Origin: Trichormus sp. ATA11-4-KO1
GTDB lineage: Bacteria > Cyanobacteriota > Cyanobacteriia > Cyanobacteriales > Nostocaceae
Length of the DNA stretch: 64,000 bases
Direction of reading: 5' to 3'
Assembly (NCBI GenBank): GCA_019358915.1
Contig: JAHHIM010000013.1
Coordinates: forward strand, 32,001 to 96,000
Made by a program: the position numbers and the translations under genes. How positions within the stretch are numbered: position 1 is the stretch's first letter; each line of letters starts with the position of its first letter. Shown here piece by piece: positions 45,801-56,546 of this stretch. The notes under the pieces are model-generated. The model had not been told where the DNA came from, did no database searches, and saw nothing but the letters and a program-made list of their open reading frames with translations.

Positions 45801-46036
45801 TGCTCAAAACTTCTTTTTAGGCTTTGGTTAATTGCAGCCAAGCTAATCGAACCATCAATCCGCACCGTAGTCCCATTTTCCACTGTTTGTGGTAGTGGGA
45901 ACGAGGGAGCGTCAGTGGCAGATTGTGCCAGTACAGGTGTTGACACAAACAAAGGTGCTGCCATAGGGGTAGTGGCTAAGGCCAGCAATAATGCCAGACT
46001 GACTATTACACTATCTTTTTTTTCTATTTGCCACAT
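42815..46036 (-). CDS. PstS-like substrate-binding domain - TM - acidic linker - three DUF4912 domains
   Basis: Signal peptide; VRIDGS, IDRP.TSDTR and GISYA PBP motifs; TM WWFLLPAAGIGGLLVWFF; three PR..WAY..W...LRLYDVT...DYIAEIGY units; ADAELIIHGATEP tail. Confidence 0.85.
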   Translation of the reverse strand: MWQIEKKDSVIVSLALLLALATTPMAAPLFVSTPVLAQSATDAPSFPLPQTVENGTTVRIDGSISLAAINQSLKRSFEQQFFGTNVEVAANGADVAIQALLDGTVDVVAIARGLTPQEQAQGLEQVPIHREKIAIIVGVDNPFQGSLTDRQFARIFRGGITDWSQLGAPGGKIRVIDRPATSDTRNTFRTYPAFKAAQFSTGSNATQLDEDDTAEIVKQLGNDGISYAMAHHVSKLPNVRVIPLEQALPDDPQYLYSQPLVYAYRKNPSPSVASFLGFTLAPPGQQAIEEGRIAEAEAIARGESQTSFLVTNPTPDATTSVAQQPSDTPPLQTTSSPRQIPIWWFLLPAAGIGGLLVWFFRSRLWATESANNMPNLPSGDGEKIATNDTNVAPAVSEPPAEATSNAASLVAGSGAVISSTVSGTGADNNAPNEVTNLNNYTEINSYDFSESPWDIEAPAAVVNTSYPQIPDVSKVTPPADSDMTEVKSNEEYQHISGELTAEQHQVESDLIEDITKTTSVAGDAVAGANVWSNIEETSDTTEFSHTHEIISPVAEEKTSNVEPTPTVTTSQSTFPDIPEDTLNIVADAAEPIDYVTGSNLSQETGVGTWANISGNQDNTESEEQAYNTGNDPLLNIEGERSITLKPRNPQWAYATWYIEETCQQALQNAGISQLALRLYDVTDLDLSYQTPQLVKQYEIESGITEHYLEIPTSDRDYIAEIGYITEGDRWMTIARSPRARVFSLPLATDDPLLNIEGERSITLKPRNPQWAYATWYIEETCQQALQNAGISQLALRLYDVTDLDLSYQTPQLVKQYEIESGITEHYLEIPTSDRDYIAEIGYITEGDRWVTIARSSRVRVFSLPLAEITVENPPTADETSVHLHNPDEESSIILKPRTAKWAYTAWHIAETSKQALRNAGIYRLSLRLYDVTDLDLSYHPPQLLQQYECEEITRDRYVAIPTSDRDYIAEIGYVTAGDRWETIARSPRVRVFSRPQADFWFVADAELIIHGATEPGATVTVGGNPITLKSDGSFHLRVPFSDNLIDYLMTAIAANGTQTKTIHKKFSQEESES
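43440..44148 (-). repeat. Near-identical 357-bp tandem duplication within the DUF4912 gene
   Basis: CTAGGGGAAGACTAAAGACGCGC at 43441 and 43798; TAAGGGATCAT at 43781 and 44138. Confidence 0.95.
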
Positions 46037-46332
46037 ATGCTTCTTTTTAAGGTACAGAAAATGTATCTTTTTTATAAAGTAGGAGACGCGCTAATTATAC
46101 ATCTGGTGTTAACTTTCTTCTAAGTTCCTGAATATACTTAACTTGATCGCGATTCATCGACTGTTTAAAGTACTGATGGTAACAAATTAAAAAAGAGTAT
46201 CAAAACTTGGTGTCTTTGTGCCTTGGTGGTAAAAAAATCCGCATCACTAAGACATAATGACGGTTACTTACATTTATTACAGCCCTTACGGGCATCGCTG
46301 CGCGTGGGCGAACTTGGCGGTTAAAAAATAAC

Positions 46333-47703
46333 TTATTGACCTACCCAAGCGAGACACAAGTTGCGGAAATCATCGCCCCGCACTTCAAAGTTGGGGTACT
46401 GGTCGAAACTTGCACAAGCTGGAGATAGTAGCACTACAGGCGCTTGATATTGTTTAGCTAATTCTGCTGACCGAGGAACTGCTTTCTCCATCGTTTCCAC
46501 AATTTCGTAATTAGCATAACCCACCTCTTGTAGACGTTGGGCAAAGGCTGGTGCTGCACTACCAATTAATAACACCGCCGCAGCTTTAGCTTGAATTTTG
46601 GCTAACCAACCAGTATCATCACCAGGTTTGGCTTCACCACCAGCAATCAAAATCGCAGGGCTTTTCACAGAAACTAAACCAACTTCAGCCGCATCATAAT
46701 TAGTAGCTTTGCTGTCGTTAATAAAGTCAATACCTTGCCAAGTACAAATATGTTCTAAACGATGGGGAACACCAGAAAATTTGCGAATGGCTGTATCAAT
46801 AGCTTCACGTTCAATTCCTGCTAACCGCGCGGCTGCAACTGCCATTAAGAGATTTTGTAGGTTATGTTGTCCTACCATGCGCAAAGCAGAGGCTGACAAA
46901 ATTCTTTCTGGTGTAAAGTTTGGCTTTAACTTTTCTACAACCCAGCCGTCCTCAATATAAAAGCCTTGTTCACCCACTAAAAAATCTTGTCCTTTGACAC
47001 TTGTCCAGTAAGCATCAGGCCAATGACTGATACCCATTTTGTTTAAATAGGGGTCATCACCATTGAATACTTGAAAATGCGCCTGACGTAATAACTTGGC
47101 TTTGATGTTGTAGTAATTTTCTAACGTCTTGTGACGGGCCAGATGATCTGGGGTAAAAGTTGTCCAAATACCGATGCGGGGGGACAAAGTTACTGAAGAT
47201 TCTATTTGATAACTGCTAATTTCTGCGATTACCCAGTCGGACAACTTTTCAGATAAAGCTACTTCACAGGCAGCATAGCCAATATTACCACAGGCGGGAG
47301 CATTTAATCCGGCTGCTTGAAATATGGCGGCAATTAACGCAGTGGTGGTAGTTTTACCGTTAGTGCCAGTTACACCCACCCAAGGAGAAGCTCGCAAGTG
47401 TCGCCAGGCGAGTTCCATTTCGCCAATGGTTTCAATGCCTAATTCTCGCGCCTTGACTAACAGGGGAATATCCCAAGGGACACCAGGACTAACAACAATT
47501 AAATCAGGTAAATTACTGCCACTCAAATCGGGGGAATGCCCCAATTTCACAGTTATTTGCTCGGTAGCGAGTGCTTGTTGTTGTTCAAGGAGGGCAGGGG
47601 AGGTGTTACTATCACTGAGCATAACCTCCCAACCTTCCCGTTTCAACAATCTCGCCGTAGCAACACCGGACTTTCCCAATCCAATTACTGAAGCTCTAGG
47701 CAT
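46333..47703 (-). CDS. murD: UDP-N-acetylmuramoyl-L-alanine--D-glutamate ligase
   Basis: [39 protein letters not shown]. Confidence 0.97.
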   Translation of the reverse strand: MPRASVIGLGKSGVATARLLKREGWEVMLSDSNTSPALLEQQQALATEQITVKLGHSPDLSGSNLPDLIVVSPGVPWDIPLLVKARELGIETIGEMELAWRHLRASPWVGVTGTNGKTTTTALIAAIFQAAGLNAPACGNIGYAACEVALSEKLSDWVIAEISSYQIESSVTLSPRIGIWTTFTPDHLARHKTLENYYNIKAKLLRQAHFQVFNGDDPYLNKMGISHWPDAYWTSVKGQDFLVGEQGFYIEDGWVVEKLKPNFTPERILSASALRMVGQHNLQNLLMAVAAARLAGIEREAIDTAIRKFSGVPHRLEHICTWQGIDFINDSKATNYDAAEVGLVSVKSPAILIAGGEAKPGDDTGWLAKIQAKAAAVLLIGSAAPAFAQRLQEVGYANYEIVETMEKAVPRSAELAKQYQAPVVLLSPACASFDQYPNFEVRGDDFRNLCLAWVGQ

Positions 47704-47786
47704 AGACTGTAGCAGAGATCCCTGGTTAAGCACTCATTATCCTAACGCTTATTGGCAAAAATTACACCACCTTTTGTTGCTTTAGG

Positions 47787-49940
47787 CTACAGATTTTTGA
47801 CAATGGCACCAAAATCAGCCAACACACGGGCATGATTCCGCAGTAATCCTAGTAAGTGTAGCCGATTGCGTTTGATGTCTGGATTGGGGTCTATCACTAA
47901 AACACTATCTTCGCCATCGAAGAAATTAGCCACGGTGGGAGCAATTTTAGCTAATGCGGCAATCAACAGTTGATAGTTACGTGACTGTTGCGCCTCTTGG
48001 GTTTGTGGTACTAATTCTACTAAGGCGTTGTAAAATGCTTGCTCGGAAGACTTTTGGAAGAGTTCTGGCTGAATTAAATTTTTGGGTTCTAGCTGCTGGA
48101 AGTCTAAATCACCTTGGGCTGCTAGTCTGGTGGAACGGTTGACGGTTTCGTAGATTGTATCTAGAGTACCATTGTTGCGGATTTGTTGCAGATATAAGGC
48201 GCGATCGCGTACATCTAGCAAATCTTCTAACGCTCTTTGGGTGTATTCTGGATCATTTTCTCCCAAAACAGCGTTGACTAGGTCATAGTCTATTTGTTTT
48301 TCGTCTTGTAGTAAGGTGCGGATACGTTGTAAGAAAAATTCTTGCAAGGTTGTGGTTAAAGCATTTTGATCTTTGTTATATGTTGCGGCAAAATTCCCTG
48401 CTATTTGCGTTAATAACTGTGATAAATTAATCTGTAAGTTGGCAAACCAAGTAATATTAATTACTGCATTGGCAGCCCGACGCAAAGCAAAGGGATCTGA
48501 AGAACCAGTGGGAATTAAACCTAAGCCAAAAATACTGACTAAAGTATCTAATCTATCGGCTAAACCAACAACTTGACCAGTTAAAGTTTCGGGTAAATTA
48601 TCACCTGCACCTGTTGGTAAATAATGTTCAACAATTGCCCTAGCAACTTCCGCATCTTCCCCACTAGCTAAGGCATATTTTTCCCCCATAATCCCTTGTA
48701 ATTCTGGGAACTCATACACCATTTGACTCACCAAATCAGCCTTACACAATAAAGCTGCCCGTTGTATTTTTTGGCGTTGATTTTCTGCTAATTGTAATTG
48801 GCTACTAATGTAATCAGCGATGGTGACGATTCTATCTACCTTGGCACGGACTGAACCTAATTCTTCTTGGAAAGTAACCGTTTCTAACTGTGGTAAAAAG
48901 CTTTTTAAAGGTTTAGCTAAGTCAGCTTTGTAGAAAAATTTGCCATCAGCTAATCTAGCCCTAATTACCCTTTCATTCCCGACAGCGATGATATCTGATT
49001 TCCTTGTGTCACCGTTGGAAACAGTGATGAAATGAGGCAATAATTCTTGCTGAAAACTACCTTCTTTAAATACCGGAAAATAACGCTGGTGAGTCACCAT
49101 CACTTCGGTAATTACTTCCGTGGGTAACTGTAAAAATTCTGATTCAAAATTACCGACTATAGCCGAAGGGTATTCAACTAAATTTGTGACTTCCTCTAAT
49201 AAATCCGGGTAAATAATTGTAGAACCGCCAGATTTTTGGGCTGCTGCATTTACTTGGTTTTGAATCATCTTAGCCCGTGCTTCCTGGTCAACGATAACAG
49301 ATGCAGAACGCAGAGTATCTACATAATCGGTAGCTTGGGCAATAGTTACAGGTTTGGGATGTAAAACACGATGACCAAAGGTAATGCGATCGCTTGTAAT
49401 TGTCTTTGATCCATTGACCAATTCAATCGGTAAAACTTGATCATCTAACAAAGCCACCAGCCAGCGAATGGGGCGAGAAAACCTCACATCGCCATCACCC
49501 CAACGCATCAAGCGTTTACCTTCTAAACCAGAAATCCATTGCGGGACTAGTTCTGTTAAAATATCTGCTACCGGACGACCAGCAATGCTTTTCTTGACAA
49601 AGACAAAATCCCCCTTATCAGTGGGGCGAATTTCTAAAGCTGACAGTTCCACACCTTGTCTTCTAGCAAAACCTGTAGCGGCTGGTGTGGGCTGACCATC
49701 CTTAAAAGCAGCTTGAGCAGGAGGCCCCTTAATTTCCTCTTCCCGGTCTGGTTGCTGGGAGGGGAGACCTGTGATTAGTACCGCCAACCGCCGGGGAGTA
49801 CCGTAAACCTCTACAGCAGTGTTAGTGAGAGTATTGGCTTCGAGACTTTGGGGAACGCGCGATCGCCATTGTATTATGGCATCACTGAGAAAACTTGCGG
49901 GTAGTTCTTCTGTACCAACTTCTAATAAAAACGCAGGCAT
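47787..49940 (-). CDS. glyS: Glycine--tRNA ligase beta subunit
   Basis: [36 protein letters not shown]. Confidence 0.97.
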   Translation of the reverse strand: MPAFLLEVGTEELPASFLSDAIIQWRSRVPQSLEANTLTNTAVEVYGTPRRLAVLITGLPSQQPDREEEIKGPPAQAAFKDGQPTPAATGFARRQGVELSALEIRPTDKGDFVFVKKSIAGRPVADILTELVPQWISGLEGKRLMRWGDGDVRFSRPIRWLVALLDDQVLPIELVNGSKTITSDRITFGHRVLHPKPVTIAQATDYVDTLRSASVIVDQEARAKMIQNQVNAAAQKSGGSTIIYPDLLEEVTNLVEYPSAIVGNFESEFLQLPTEVITEVMVTHQRYFPVFKEGSFQQELLPHFITVSNGDTRKSDIIAVGNERVIRARLADGKFFYKADLAKPLKSFLPQLETVTFQEELGSVRAKVDRIVTIADYISSQLQLAENQRQKIQRAALLCKADLVSQMVYEFPELQGIMGEKYALASGEDAEVARAIVEHYLPTGAGDNLPETLTGQVVGLADRLDTLVSIFGLGLIPTGSSDPFALRRAANAVINITWFANLQINLSQLLTQIAGNFAATYNKDQNALTTTLQEFFLQRIRTLLQDEKQIDYDLVNAVLGENDPEYTQRALEDLLDVRDRALYLQQIRNNGTLDTIYETVNRSTRLAAQGDLDFQQLEPKNLIQPELFQKSSEQAFYNALVELVPQTQEAQQSRNYQLLIAALAKIAPTVANFFDGEDSVLVIDPNPDIKRNRLHLLGLLRNHARVLADFGAIVKNL

Positions 49941-50047
49941 AGGAAAATATTTTAACTTTGCGTAGCTCAACTTTATCAGTCAACTCCCACAGTTTACCTG
50001 GGAGCATCCAATTTTGTTCAAACACCAAACACAAAGCTTGCGTTAAA

Positions 50048-50170
50048 CCTTGGCGACCCTCTGCGTGAACCTCTGCGCTCCTCTGCGTTTAAAAAGATGA
50101 TCTCACGTAAAGGCAAGCCAGTGCGCCCTGCGGGTTTCCCGACTTGTAGCAACTGGCGCACAAAGACGCA
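50048..50170. repeat. Composite intergenic repeat (CCTCTGCG array plus SDR-like insert)
   Basis: CCTCTGCGCTCCTCTGCGTTTAAA recurs inverted at about 40822-40845; GCCAGTGCG...GCAACTGGCG hairpin at about 50117-50158. Confidence 0.55.
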
Positions 50171-50300
50171 ATAAGTTTTGCTCATTCGGGTTGAGTTTCC
50201 TTAAACAAAAAAATAACAGCTTGCTATTCTCAATATTATTTAAATCCACGCGGATTTTACCCAAGATAATATAAAATCAAGGCTTACAAAAAAAATTATC

Positions 50301-50894
50301 ATGGAAACCCTCACCTTAAACATACCTCCAGCCGTAGGTTTAACCGATGAGCAATTTTATCAACTCTGCATTGCTAACGAACCTTGGCAATTAGAACTTA
50401 CTCAGACTGGAGAATTAATTATTATGCCTCCAACAGGCGGAGAAAGCGGAATTAGAAACTCTGATATTAATATAGAACTTGGTTTATGGAACCGTAAAAC
50501 CAAATTAGGGAAAGTCTTTGACTCTTCCACCGAGTTCAAATTACCCAGTGGTGCTTATCGCTGTCCTGATGCTGCTTGGATAAAGTTAGAACGCTGGGAA
50601 GCTTTAACAAAAGATCAAAAACGACGTTTTCCGCCTATTTGTCCTGATTTTGTGATTGAACTGCCCTCAGAAAGCGATCGTTTAGATAAGTTACGCGCTA
50701 AAATGCGGGAATATCAAGAAAATGGTGCGCGTTTAGGTTGGTTAATTGACCCGCAAACTCCTTTAGTAGAAATTTATCGCCCAGGACAAGATGTAGAAGT
50801 TTTGAATTTTTCTTTTGATCACCCTCCTCAACTTTCTGGTGAAGAAGTTTTACCTGGTTTTGTTCTAGATTTGAAGATTATCTTAAATCCTTAG
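50301..50894 (+). CDS. Uma2 family (PD-(D/E)XK) endonuclease-like protein
   Basis: GELIIMPP, FDSST.F, PDAAW, PDFVIEL.S, GARLGWLIDP. Confidence 0.92.
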   Translation: METLTLNIPPAVGLTDEQFYQLCIANEPWQLELTQTGELIIMPPTGGESGIRNSDINIELGLWNRKTKLGKVFDSSTEFKLPSGAYRCPDAAWIKLERWEALTKDQKRRFPPICPDFVIELPSESDRLDKLRAKMREYQENGARLGWLIDPQTPLVEIYRPGQDVEVLNFSFDHPPQLSGEEVLPGFVLDLKIILNP

Positions 50895-51009
50895 TAAATA
50901 GTTTACAGACAACTCGCCGCATTCTCGGTATTGTCTATGTCGGCTTTCTTCTCACCTGATTTCCACCCTTCCGCAGCCGATAAAAATGGTTAAGCCCAAA
51001 TGGTATAAA

Positions 51010-52290
51010 TCAATCCTGTAAAATTGTCTTTGAGACAATCCTAGTTTTTTTGAGGTCTGCTTGGGAAAGTTCTTCTCCAGCTTGCAGGCGAGTAGCTGAA
51101 CTTTGCAACACTGTTGCTGCGCCTTGATCTCCTATTTGTAAGGCGGTGTTAGCAGCACTTTGTAACATGGTCACAGCACCAGTGCGATCGCCTTGGTGTA
51201 ATTTTGCCTCAGCTAACTGAGTTTGGCGATACTTAGCTAGTGCCAAAATCGACTGTTGCACATGGGGATTAAACGCAGGTTGATAAGTCTGTACCACATT
51301 TGCATATATGGGCACCATTGGGGAAAGCAAATCCTGTTGGTTCACAGATGGATCATCGTAGCGAATTTGTACATGTCCAATCACCTGTTTACCTGCTGGT
51401 AATTGCCCTAGATAAATATTAGCTAAAACCACTCGTTCCCTATCCTGCATCAAATCGCCCAAGCGCACAGCAAAACCTCCATGCGGTTCTGATTGTACTG
51501 GTAACTCAATCGTATCTGGAGCAACTTGGGCAATGGGTTTGAGTTCTGCTAGTCGGACATGAGGAACCAAAGACAGCAGCAAATGGGCATTAGTTAGCCT
51601 GACAGACTGAATGCGCCGCAACAAATGACGAAATTGATCTAGTGCTTGTTCAGGGTGCTGAATATAGCCTAAAGTACCCCCACCAGCATCCACAATTTTT
51701 TCCAACAAATTCTGGTTCCAGTCATGACCAAAACCAAGCGCGTTGATAGTCAGGTTAATTTTAGTAGCCTTGTGCGCCAGTTCTAGACAACGCTTATTGT
51801 CATCTGAGCCAATTTCTAACTTCCAAATGCGCAAACTGCTTTCACCATGACCATCGGTGAGTAAAAAAGCCTGGGAAACAGCTCCTTTTGTCCCTTTCAT
51901 GAGTTCTGTGATTCCCAGTTGCAAACCTTCAGCAATTGCCGTCCCACCGCTAGCTTTGAGTTTCTTTTTGATTTGAGCTTTTATGCTGACAGCATCTTGA
52001 ACTGCTTGGTTGGGGATAATCACTTCAGCAGCACCAGCAAAGGCTACAACCGAGATGCGATCGCCTGGCTGTAGCCGATCCAATAATTGCTCTACGGCCT
52101 GGATGACAGTTGCGATTGGTTTACCATGCATAGAACCACTCTGATCCAAAATCAGGCATAAATTGAGTGGTAAATGCTGGTCAAACTCACCAGAGATCGC
52201 GGAAATGGAAATTGCCAGTTGACGCTGGTTACTCAATTGAGTTGCATCAACATTAGTATCATTTAGGGCACAGAGCAATTGAACTTTCAT
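51010..52290 (-). CDS. VWA-domain protein (paralog 2)
   Basis: MIDAS DQSGSM, GGT, LLTDG; colinear with the upstream paralog. Confidence 0.9.
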   Translation of the reverse strand: MKVQLLCALNDTNVDATQLSNQRQLAISISAISGEFDQHLPLNLCLILDQSGSMHGKPIATVIQAVEQLLDRLQPGDRISVVAFAGAAEVIIPNQAVQDAVSIKAQIKKKLKASGGTAIAEGLQLGITELMKGTKGAVSQAFLLTDGHGESSLRIWKLEIGSDDNKRCLELAHKATKINLTINALGFGHDWNQNLLEKIVDAGGGTLGYIQHPEQALDQFRHLLRRIQSVRLTNAHLLLSLVPHVRLAELKPIAQVAPDTIELPVQSEPHGGFAVRLGDLMQDRERVVLANIYLGQLPAGKQVIGHVQIRYDDPSVNQQDLLSPMVPIYANVVQTYQPAFNPHVQQSILALAKYRQTQLAEAKLHQGDRTGAVTMLQSAANTALQIGDQGAATVLQSSATRLQAGEELSQADLKKTRIVSKTILQD

Positions 52291-53543
52291 TAAATAGGGG
52301 TATCTTGCAACACGGTTTTTGAGACAATCCTGGTTTTCTTGCGATCGCTATCCGATAATTCTCCACCAGATTGGAGTTGAGTGGCAGAAGTTTGTAACAC
52401 CGTTGCTGCACCTTGATCTCCCATTTGCAACGCTGTTTTAGCCGCAGTTTGCAGCATTGTCGCTGCACCAGTGCGATCGCCCTGTTGCAACTTCGCCTCA
52501 GCTAACTGAGTTTGGCGATACTTGGCTAATGCCAAAATCGACTGTTGCACACGAGGATTGATCTCTGGTTGGTAAACCCCAGTGACATTGGCATAAACTG
52601 GGATGTTAGCGGTAAATAACCCCAGCTGATTTTGTGCAGGGTCATCATAACGAACTTGTACATTAGCGATCGCTTGTTTACCTTCTGGCAACTGTCCCAG
52701 ATAAATATTAGCTAAAATCACCCGTTCTGCATCTTTCATTAAATCTCCCAAGCGGACAGCAAAGCGTCCATCTGCTTCTTGCTGTATGGGTAACTCAATT
52801 GTGTCTGGGGAAACCTGAGCAATAGGTTTGAGTTCTGCTAGTCGAATGTTAGGCATTAAGGACAATAATAAATAGGCATTAGTCAATCCCACCGTTTGCA
52901 TGCGGTTAAACAGGCGATTAAATTCATCTATTGCCTGGTCTGGTCGTTGAATGTAAGACAAAGTACCCAAACCCGCATCAGCGATTTTTTCTAAAACATC
53001 TTGGTTCCACTTATCGCCAAATCCCAAGGTGTTCAAAGTCAAATTGTAACCAGTAGCCAGTTGAGCAAACTTCAAACAACGTTGATTATCACCGTGTTCA
53101 TTTTCACCATCAGTTAACAAAAAAGCTTGAGAAACAGTTTCTTTTTTCCCCTTTGCTAACTCCTCAATACCCAAACGCAAACCTTCATCAATTGCTGTAC
53201 CACCATCGGCAGCTAAACGATTAATTTGCTTTTTGATATGTTCGGGATCTTCAATCAATTGATTCGGTACCAAGACCTTAGCACGGTGATCAAAAGCGAC
53301 AACACTCAGGCGATCGCCAGGCTTGAGTTTATCAACTAAATTAGTGGCTGCTTTCTTCACAGTTTCTAAAGGTCGCCCATTCATCGAACCACTATGGTCG
53401 AGAATTAAGCATAAATTCAGTGGCACATTCCGGTCTTGAACTTCCGCGATCGCGGAAATCGAAATTGCCAACTGACGTTGACTACTCGGTTGACGCGCGT
53501 CCAAATTAGCATCATTGAGGATAGGCTGCAAATTGACCTTCAT
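52290..53543 (-). CDS. VWA-domain protein (paralog 1)
   Basis: MIDAS DHSGSM, GGT, LLTDGEN. Confidence 0.9.
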   Translation of the reverse strand: MKVNLQPILNDANLDARQPSSQRQLAISISAIAEVQDRNVPLNLCLILDHSGSMNGRPLETVKKAATNLVDKLKPGDRLSVVAFDHRAKVLVPNQLIEDPEHIKKQINRLAADGGTAIDEGLRLGIEELAKGKKETVSQAFLLTDGENEHGDNQRCLKFAQLATGYNLTLNTLGFGDKWNQDVLEKIADAGLGTLSYIQRPDQAIDEFNRLFNRMQTVGLTNAYLLLSLMPNIRLAELKPIAQVSPDTIELPIQQEADGRFAVRLGDLMKDAERVILANIYLGQLPEGKQAIANVQVRYDDPAQNQLGLFTANIPVYANVTGVYQPEINPRVQQSILALAKYRQTQLAEAKLQQGDRTGAATMLQTAAKTALQMGDQGAATVLQTSATQLQSGGELSDSDRKKTRIVSKTVLQDTPI

Positions 53544-53619
53544 AACCCAAAATTCCTAGTTCAGGATATATATATAAATAACTTCAAAGCGCCAAATCAG
53601 CACTACGGAAAAATTAGGG

Positions 53620-53672
53620 CACAGGTGACAGGCTTCGGCGTGAGCGCTCAGTCGAACGGTGACAGGTGACAG
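53620..53672. repeat. SDR-type element inserted in a GGTGACA heptamer array
   Basis: CTTCGGCGTGAGCGCTCAGTCGAAC (53633-53657) is flanked by GGTGACA units; relatives at about 9541, 31989 and 34979. Confidence 0.7.
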
Positions 53673-53797
53673 AGAGATTGCTCTTTTGCTCCTTTGCCCC
53701 ATTTCCTTGAATTAGCGAGAAATCCACACTTGATGTGAGCTAGCATCGCGCTAGGATGTATTACAGTTAACGGCATACTTTCAGGCGATCAGTTGCT

Positions 53798-54460
53798 ATG
53801 GACATTTCCCCCATCAAGGCTGTTCAAGCCCCATATTACGGTGATAACTTCTACCGGACACCACCGCCAGATTTACCTTCCTTATTGTTGAAAGAACGAA
53901 TTGTCTATCTGGGAATGCCACTGGTGCCTGCGGTCACGGAATTAATTATCGCCGAATTGCTGTATTTGCAGTCCGACGATCCGGAGAAGCCGATAAAAAT
54001 CTACATTAACTCTACTGGTACTTCCGGTTATAGTGGCGAACCCATTGGCTTTGAAACCGAAGCCTTCGCCATTTATGACACAATGAAATATATCAAGCCC
54101 CCCATTCACACTATTTGTATTGGTTCGGCAATGGGTATGGCAGCAATGCTACTCAGTGCTGGCACAAAAGGTTGCCGCGCCAGTTTGCCCCACTCTTCTA
54201 TTATCCTGCACCAGCCTAAGAGCTACGCCCAAGGTCAAGCAACGGATATTCAAATTCGGGCAAAGGAAGTTTTGGTAAATAAAGTGTCGATGGTTGATAT
54301 TTTGTCTTACACCACCGGACAGCCACCAGAAAAAGTTACCAAAGATATGGATCGTCTCTTCTACATGACTCCCTATCAAGCTCAGGAATACGGTTTGATT
54401 GACCGGGTTTTTGAAAAAGAAGAACTGGCCAATCCCCCACTACCAGCGAGTGTGCTTTAG
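53798..54460 (+). CDS. clpR: Clp protease non-catalytic subunit ClpR
   Basis: RTPPPDLPSLLLKERIVYLG; catalytic Ser replaced (AMGMA); insertion GTSGYSGEPIGFETE. Confidence 0.9.
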   Translation: MDISPIKAVQAPYYGDNFYRTPPPDLPSLLLKERIVYLGMPLVPAVTELIIAELLYLQSDDPEKPIKIYINSTGTSGYSGEPIGFETEAFAIYDTMKYIKPPIHTICIGSAMGMAAMLLSAGTKGCRASLPHSSIILHQPKSYAQGQATDIQIRAKEVLVNKVSMVDILSYTTGQPPEKVTKDMDRLFYMTPYQAQEYGLIDRVFEKEELANPPLPASVL

Positions 54461-54590
54461 TGAGTGCTGAGTGCTGTCTTGGGGTCTCCCCCGCCGCAGG
54501 ATGCGCGCAGCACTGTAGTGGAGCATCTGGCGTTGCGAGTTAAGAACTTGCTCACAATTCCCCAATTAATTATCAAGTGGAGTAACGAAA

Positions 54591-55184
54591 ATGCCTATAG
54601 GTGTTCCTAAAGTTCCTTACCGGATGCCCGGAGGACAATATACAGATTGGATTAGCATTTATGATCGCCTTTATCGCGAACGGATTATTTTCCTGGGGCG
54701 AGATGTTGATGATGAAATTGCTAATCAAATTATTGCCGTCATGCTGTATCTGGATTCAGATGATCCGGGTAAGGATATTTATTTATACATCAATTCCCCC
54801 GGTGGTATGGTCACTTCCGGCATGGCGATTTTTGACACCATGCAACACATCAAATCAGATGTAGTCACAATTTGCGTCGGTTTAGCTGCCTCAATGGGTT
54901 CATTTTTGCTGGCAGCTGGCACCAAGGGTAAACGGATGGCATTGCCTCATTCTCGGATTATGATTCACCAGCCTTCTGGTGGTACCCGTGGGCAAGCAAG
55001 CGATATCGAAATTGAAGCCAGAGAAATTCTCCGGATTCGTCACCAGCTCAATGGGATTTATGCTGAAAAGACTGGTCAGCCTATAGCCAAAATTGAAAAA
55101 GACATGGATCGCGACTTCTTCATGTCTGCTGCTGAAGCCAAAGAATACGGTTTAATTGACCGTGTGATTGAAGAACGACCCTAG
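54591..55184 (+). CDS. clpP: ATP-dependent Clp protease proteolytic subunit (ClpP3 type)
   Basis: [23 protein letters not shown]. Confidence 0.95.
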   Translation: MPIGVPKVPYRMPGGQYTDWISIYDRLYRERIIFLGRDVDDEIANQIIAVMLYLDSDDPGKDIYLYINSPGGMVTSGMAIFDTMQHIKSDVVTICVGLAASMGSFLLAAGTKGKRMALPHSRIMIHQPSGGTRGQASDIEIEAREILRIRHQLNGIYAEKTGQPIAKIEKDMDRDFFMSAAEAKEYGLIDRVIEERP

Positions 55185-55373
55185 GAGTAGGGAGTGGGGA
55201 CAAGGAGAGATTACTAATATTAAGTCCTTCCACCCATCCCCCCATTCCCCATTCCCCATTCCCAAAAACCGTCTAGCGTGAACGAAAAATTAGCAGATTA
55301 GTCTTTATAATTAAAACCTTAAGGCTGGAAGCTAAAAGCTGAAAGCTAAATATTCGATAGCTGATAGATCAAG

Positions 55374-55997
55374 ATGGATCTTGGAGATTGCTACCGTTTA
55401 TTGGGTTTAAGGTCGGGAGCCTCTTTTGCTGATGTCAAAGCGTCTTACAGACGACTGGCGCAGCAATATCATCCCGATATCAACCCAAGCGACACCAAAG
55501 CTAAAGATAAGTTTATTGCTTTGACAGAGGCTTACAGATTCCTTTTAACGGTAGTACCTTCAGAGGAGATAGCCCAACCGTCAAGTCAATCTTCTGTATC
55601 TGGAAGTGGTGGCATCAACGCCACCCACCCAGAAACAGCACCAACAATCACTGTGACGGATGAAAAACCGCCCACTCAAAAGCTGCCTAATATTGTAGAA
55701 ATAGAGCAACGACTGAAGTGGAAAACTTATGAACAACTGCAACGGTTCTTAAAAGAAAGAAGATTTCCCCAAGCGATCGCTCTGGCGGAAGCTTTAGCGG
55801 TACGGTTACCACAAGATGCAGAGGTACGCCAATGGCAGGCGGTTGCTTATCAAATTTGGGGACGGGCGTTAATTGCCGAACATCAACTGTTGAAGGCCAG
55901 AATTTATCTCAAAAAAGCCCTAAAAACAGACCCTAACAACAAGGCTCTGTGGCTTGAGGTGCAGAGAGATTTCCAACGATTGGAGCAGATTTTTTAA
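55374..55997 (+). CDS. J-domain protein with C-terminal TPR-like repeat
   Basis: HPD motif, KF..L.EAY; TPR-like ARIYLKKALKTDPNN. Confidence 0.88.
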   Translation: MDLGDCYRLLGLRSGASFADVKASYRRLAQQYHPDINPSDTKAKDKFIALTEAYRFLLTVVPSEEIAQPSSQSSVSGSGGINATHPETAPTITVTDEKPPTQKLPNIVEIEQRLKWKTYEQLQRFLKERRFPQAIALAEALAVRLPQDAEVRQWQAVAYQIWGRALIAEHQLLKARIYLKKALKTDPNNKALWLEVQRDFQRLEQIF

Positions 55998-56546
55998 AAC
56001 TCTTGAGTGCCAGTCAAAATATAACTTTATTTATTAAATAAGACTAAATCTGCCTCTCATCCTTATTGTTGATTATTGATAATATTTTTTAATATCAACA
56101 CAAGGAATTGATGGTTTCTCAAAGCAATTTTAACGTGAATTCAATGAACCTTACCCCAACCCCTCTGGGACACTCAGAGGGGCAAAAATATCCTGGTTTT
56201 CAACGAAGTCAGAGGGAACACGGAAGACGGAAGAAGTGATATTAAATAAGGAAGTTTTGAGGCGGGATGGATACTAAAATTAGGTATATTTATTGGTGTT
56301 GTCTATTTTCGTGAGGGATTATTACTTAAATGCAGCCTAAAACGGTTAATTTAAAGATGATTTAAAAAATCATAATATTAATAAATATATGTAAACTTAA
56401 CTTTTTTGTTACAAAAGAGACTCAGTAAATTATATTTTATCACAGACAATATGTTTATCAGGTTGCTTTCGTAGTAATGAACCAAATTTGCTATGTAGAG
56501 TCTGAAGAACATGAAAGGGTTGCAAAAATAAGTTGAGGATCAGCGC

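Noticed and set aside
50301..50894. Uma2 nuclease plus VWA pair as a defence system
   Set aside because: The genes are convergent, Uma2 genes are abundant and scattered in cyanobacteria, and nothing links them.
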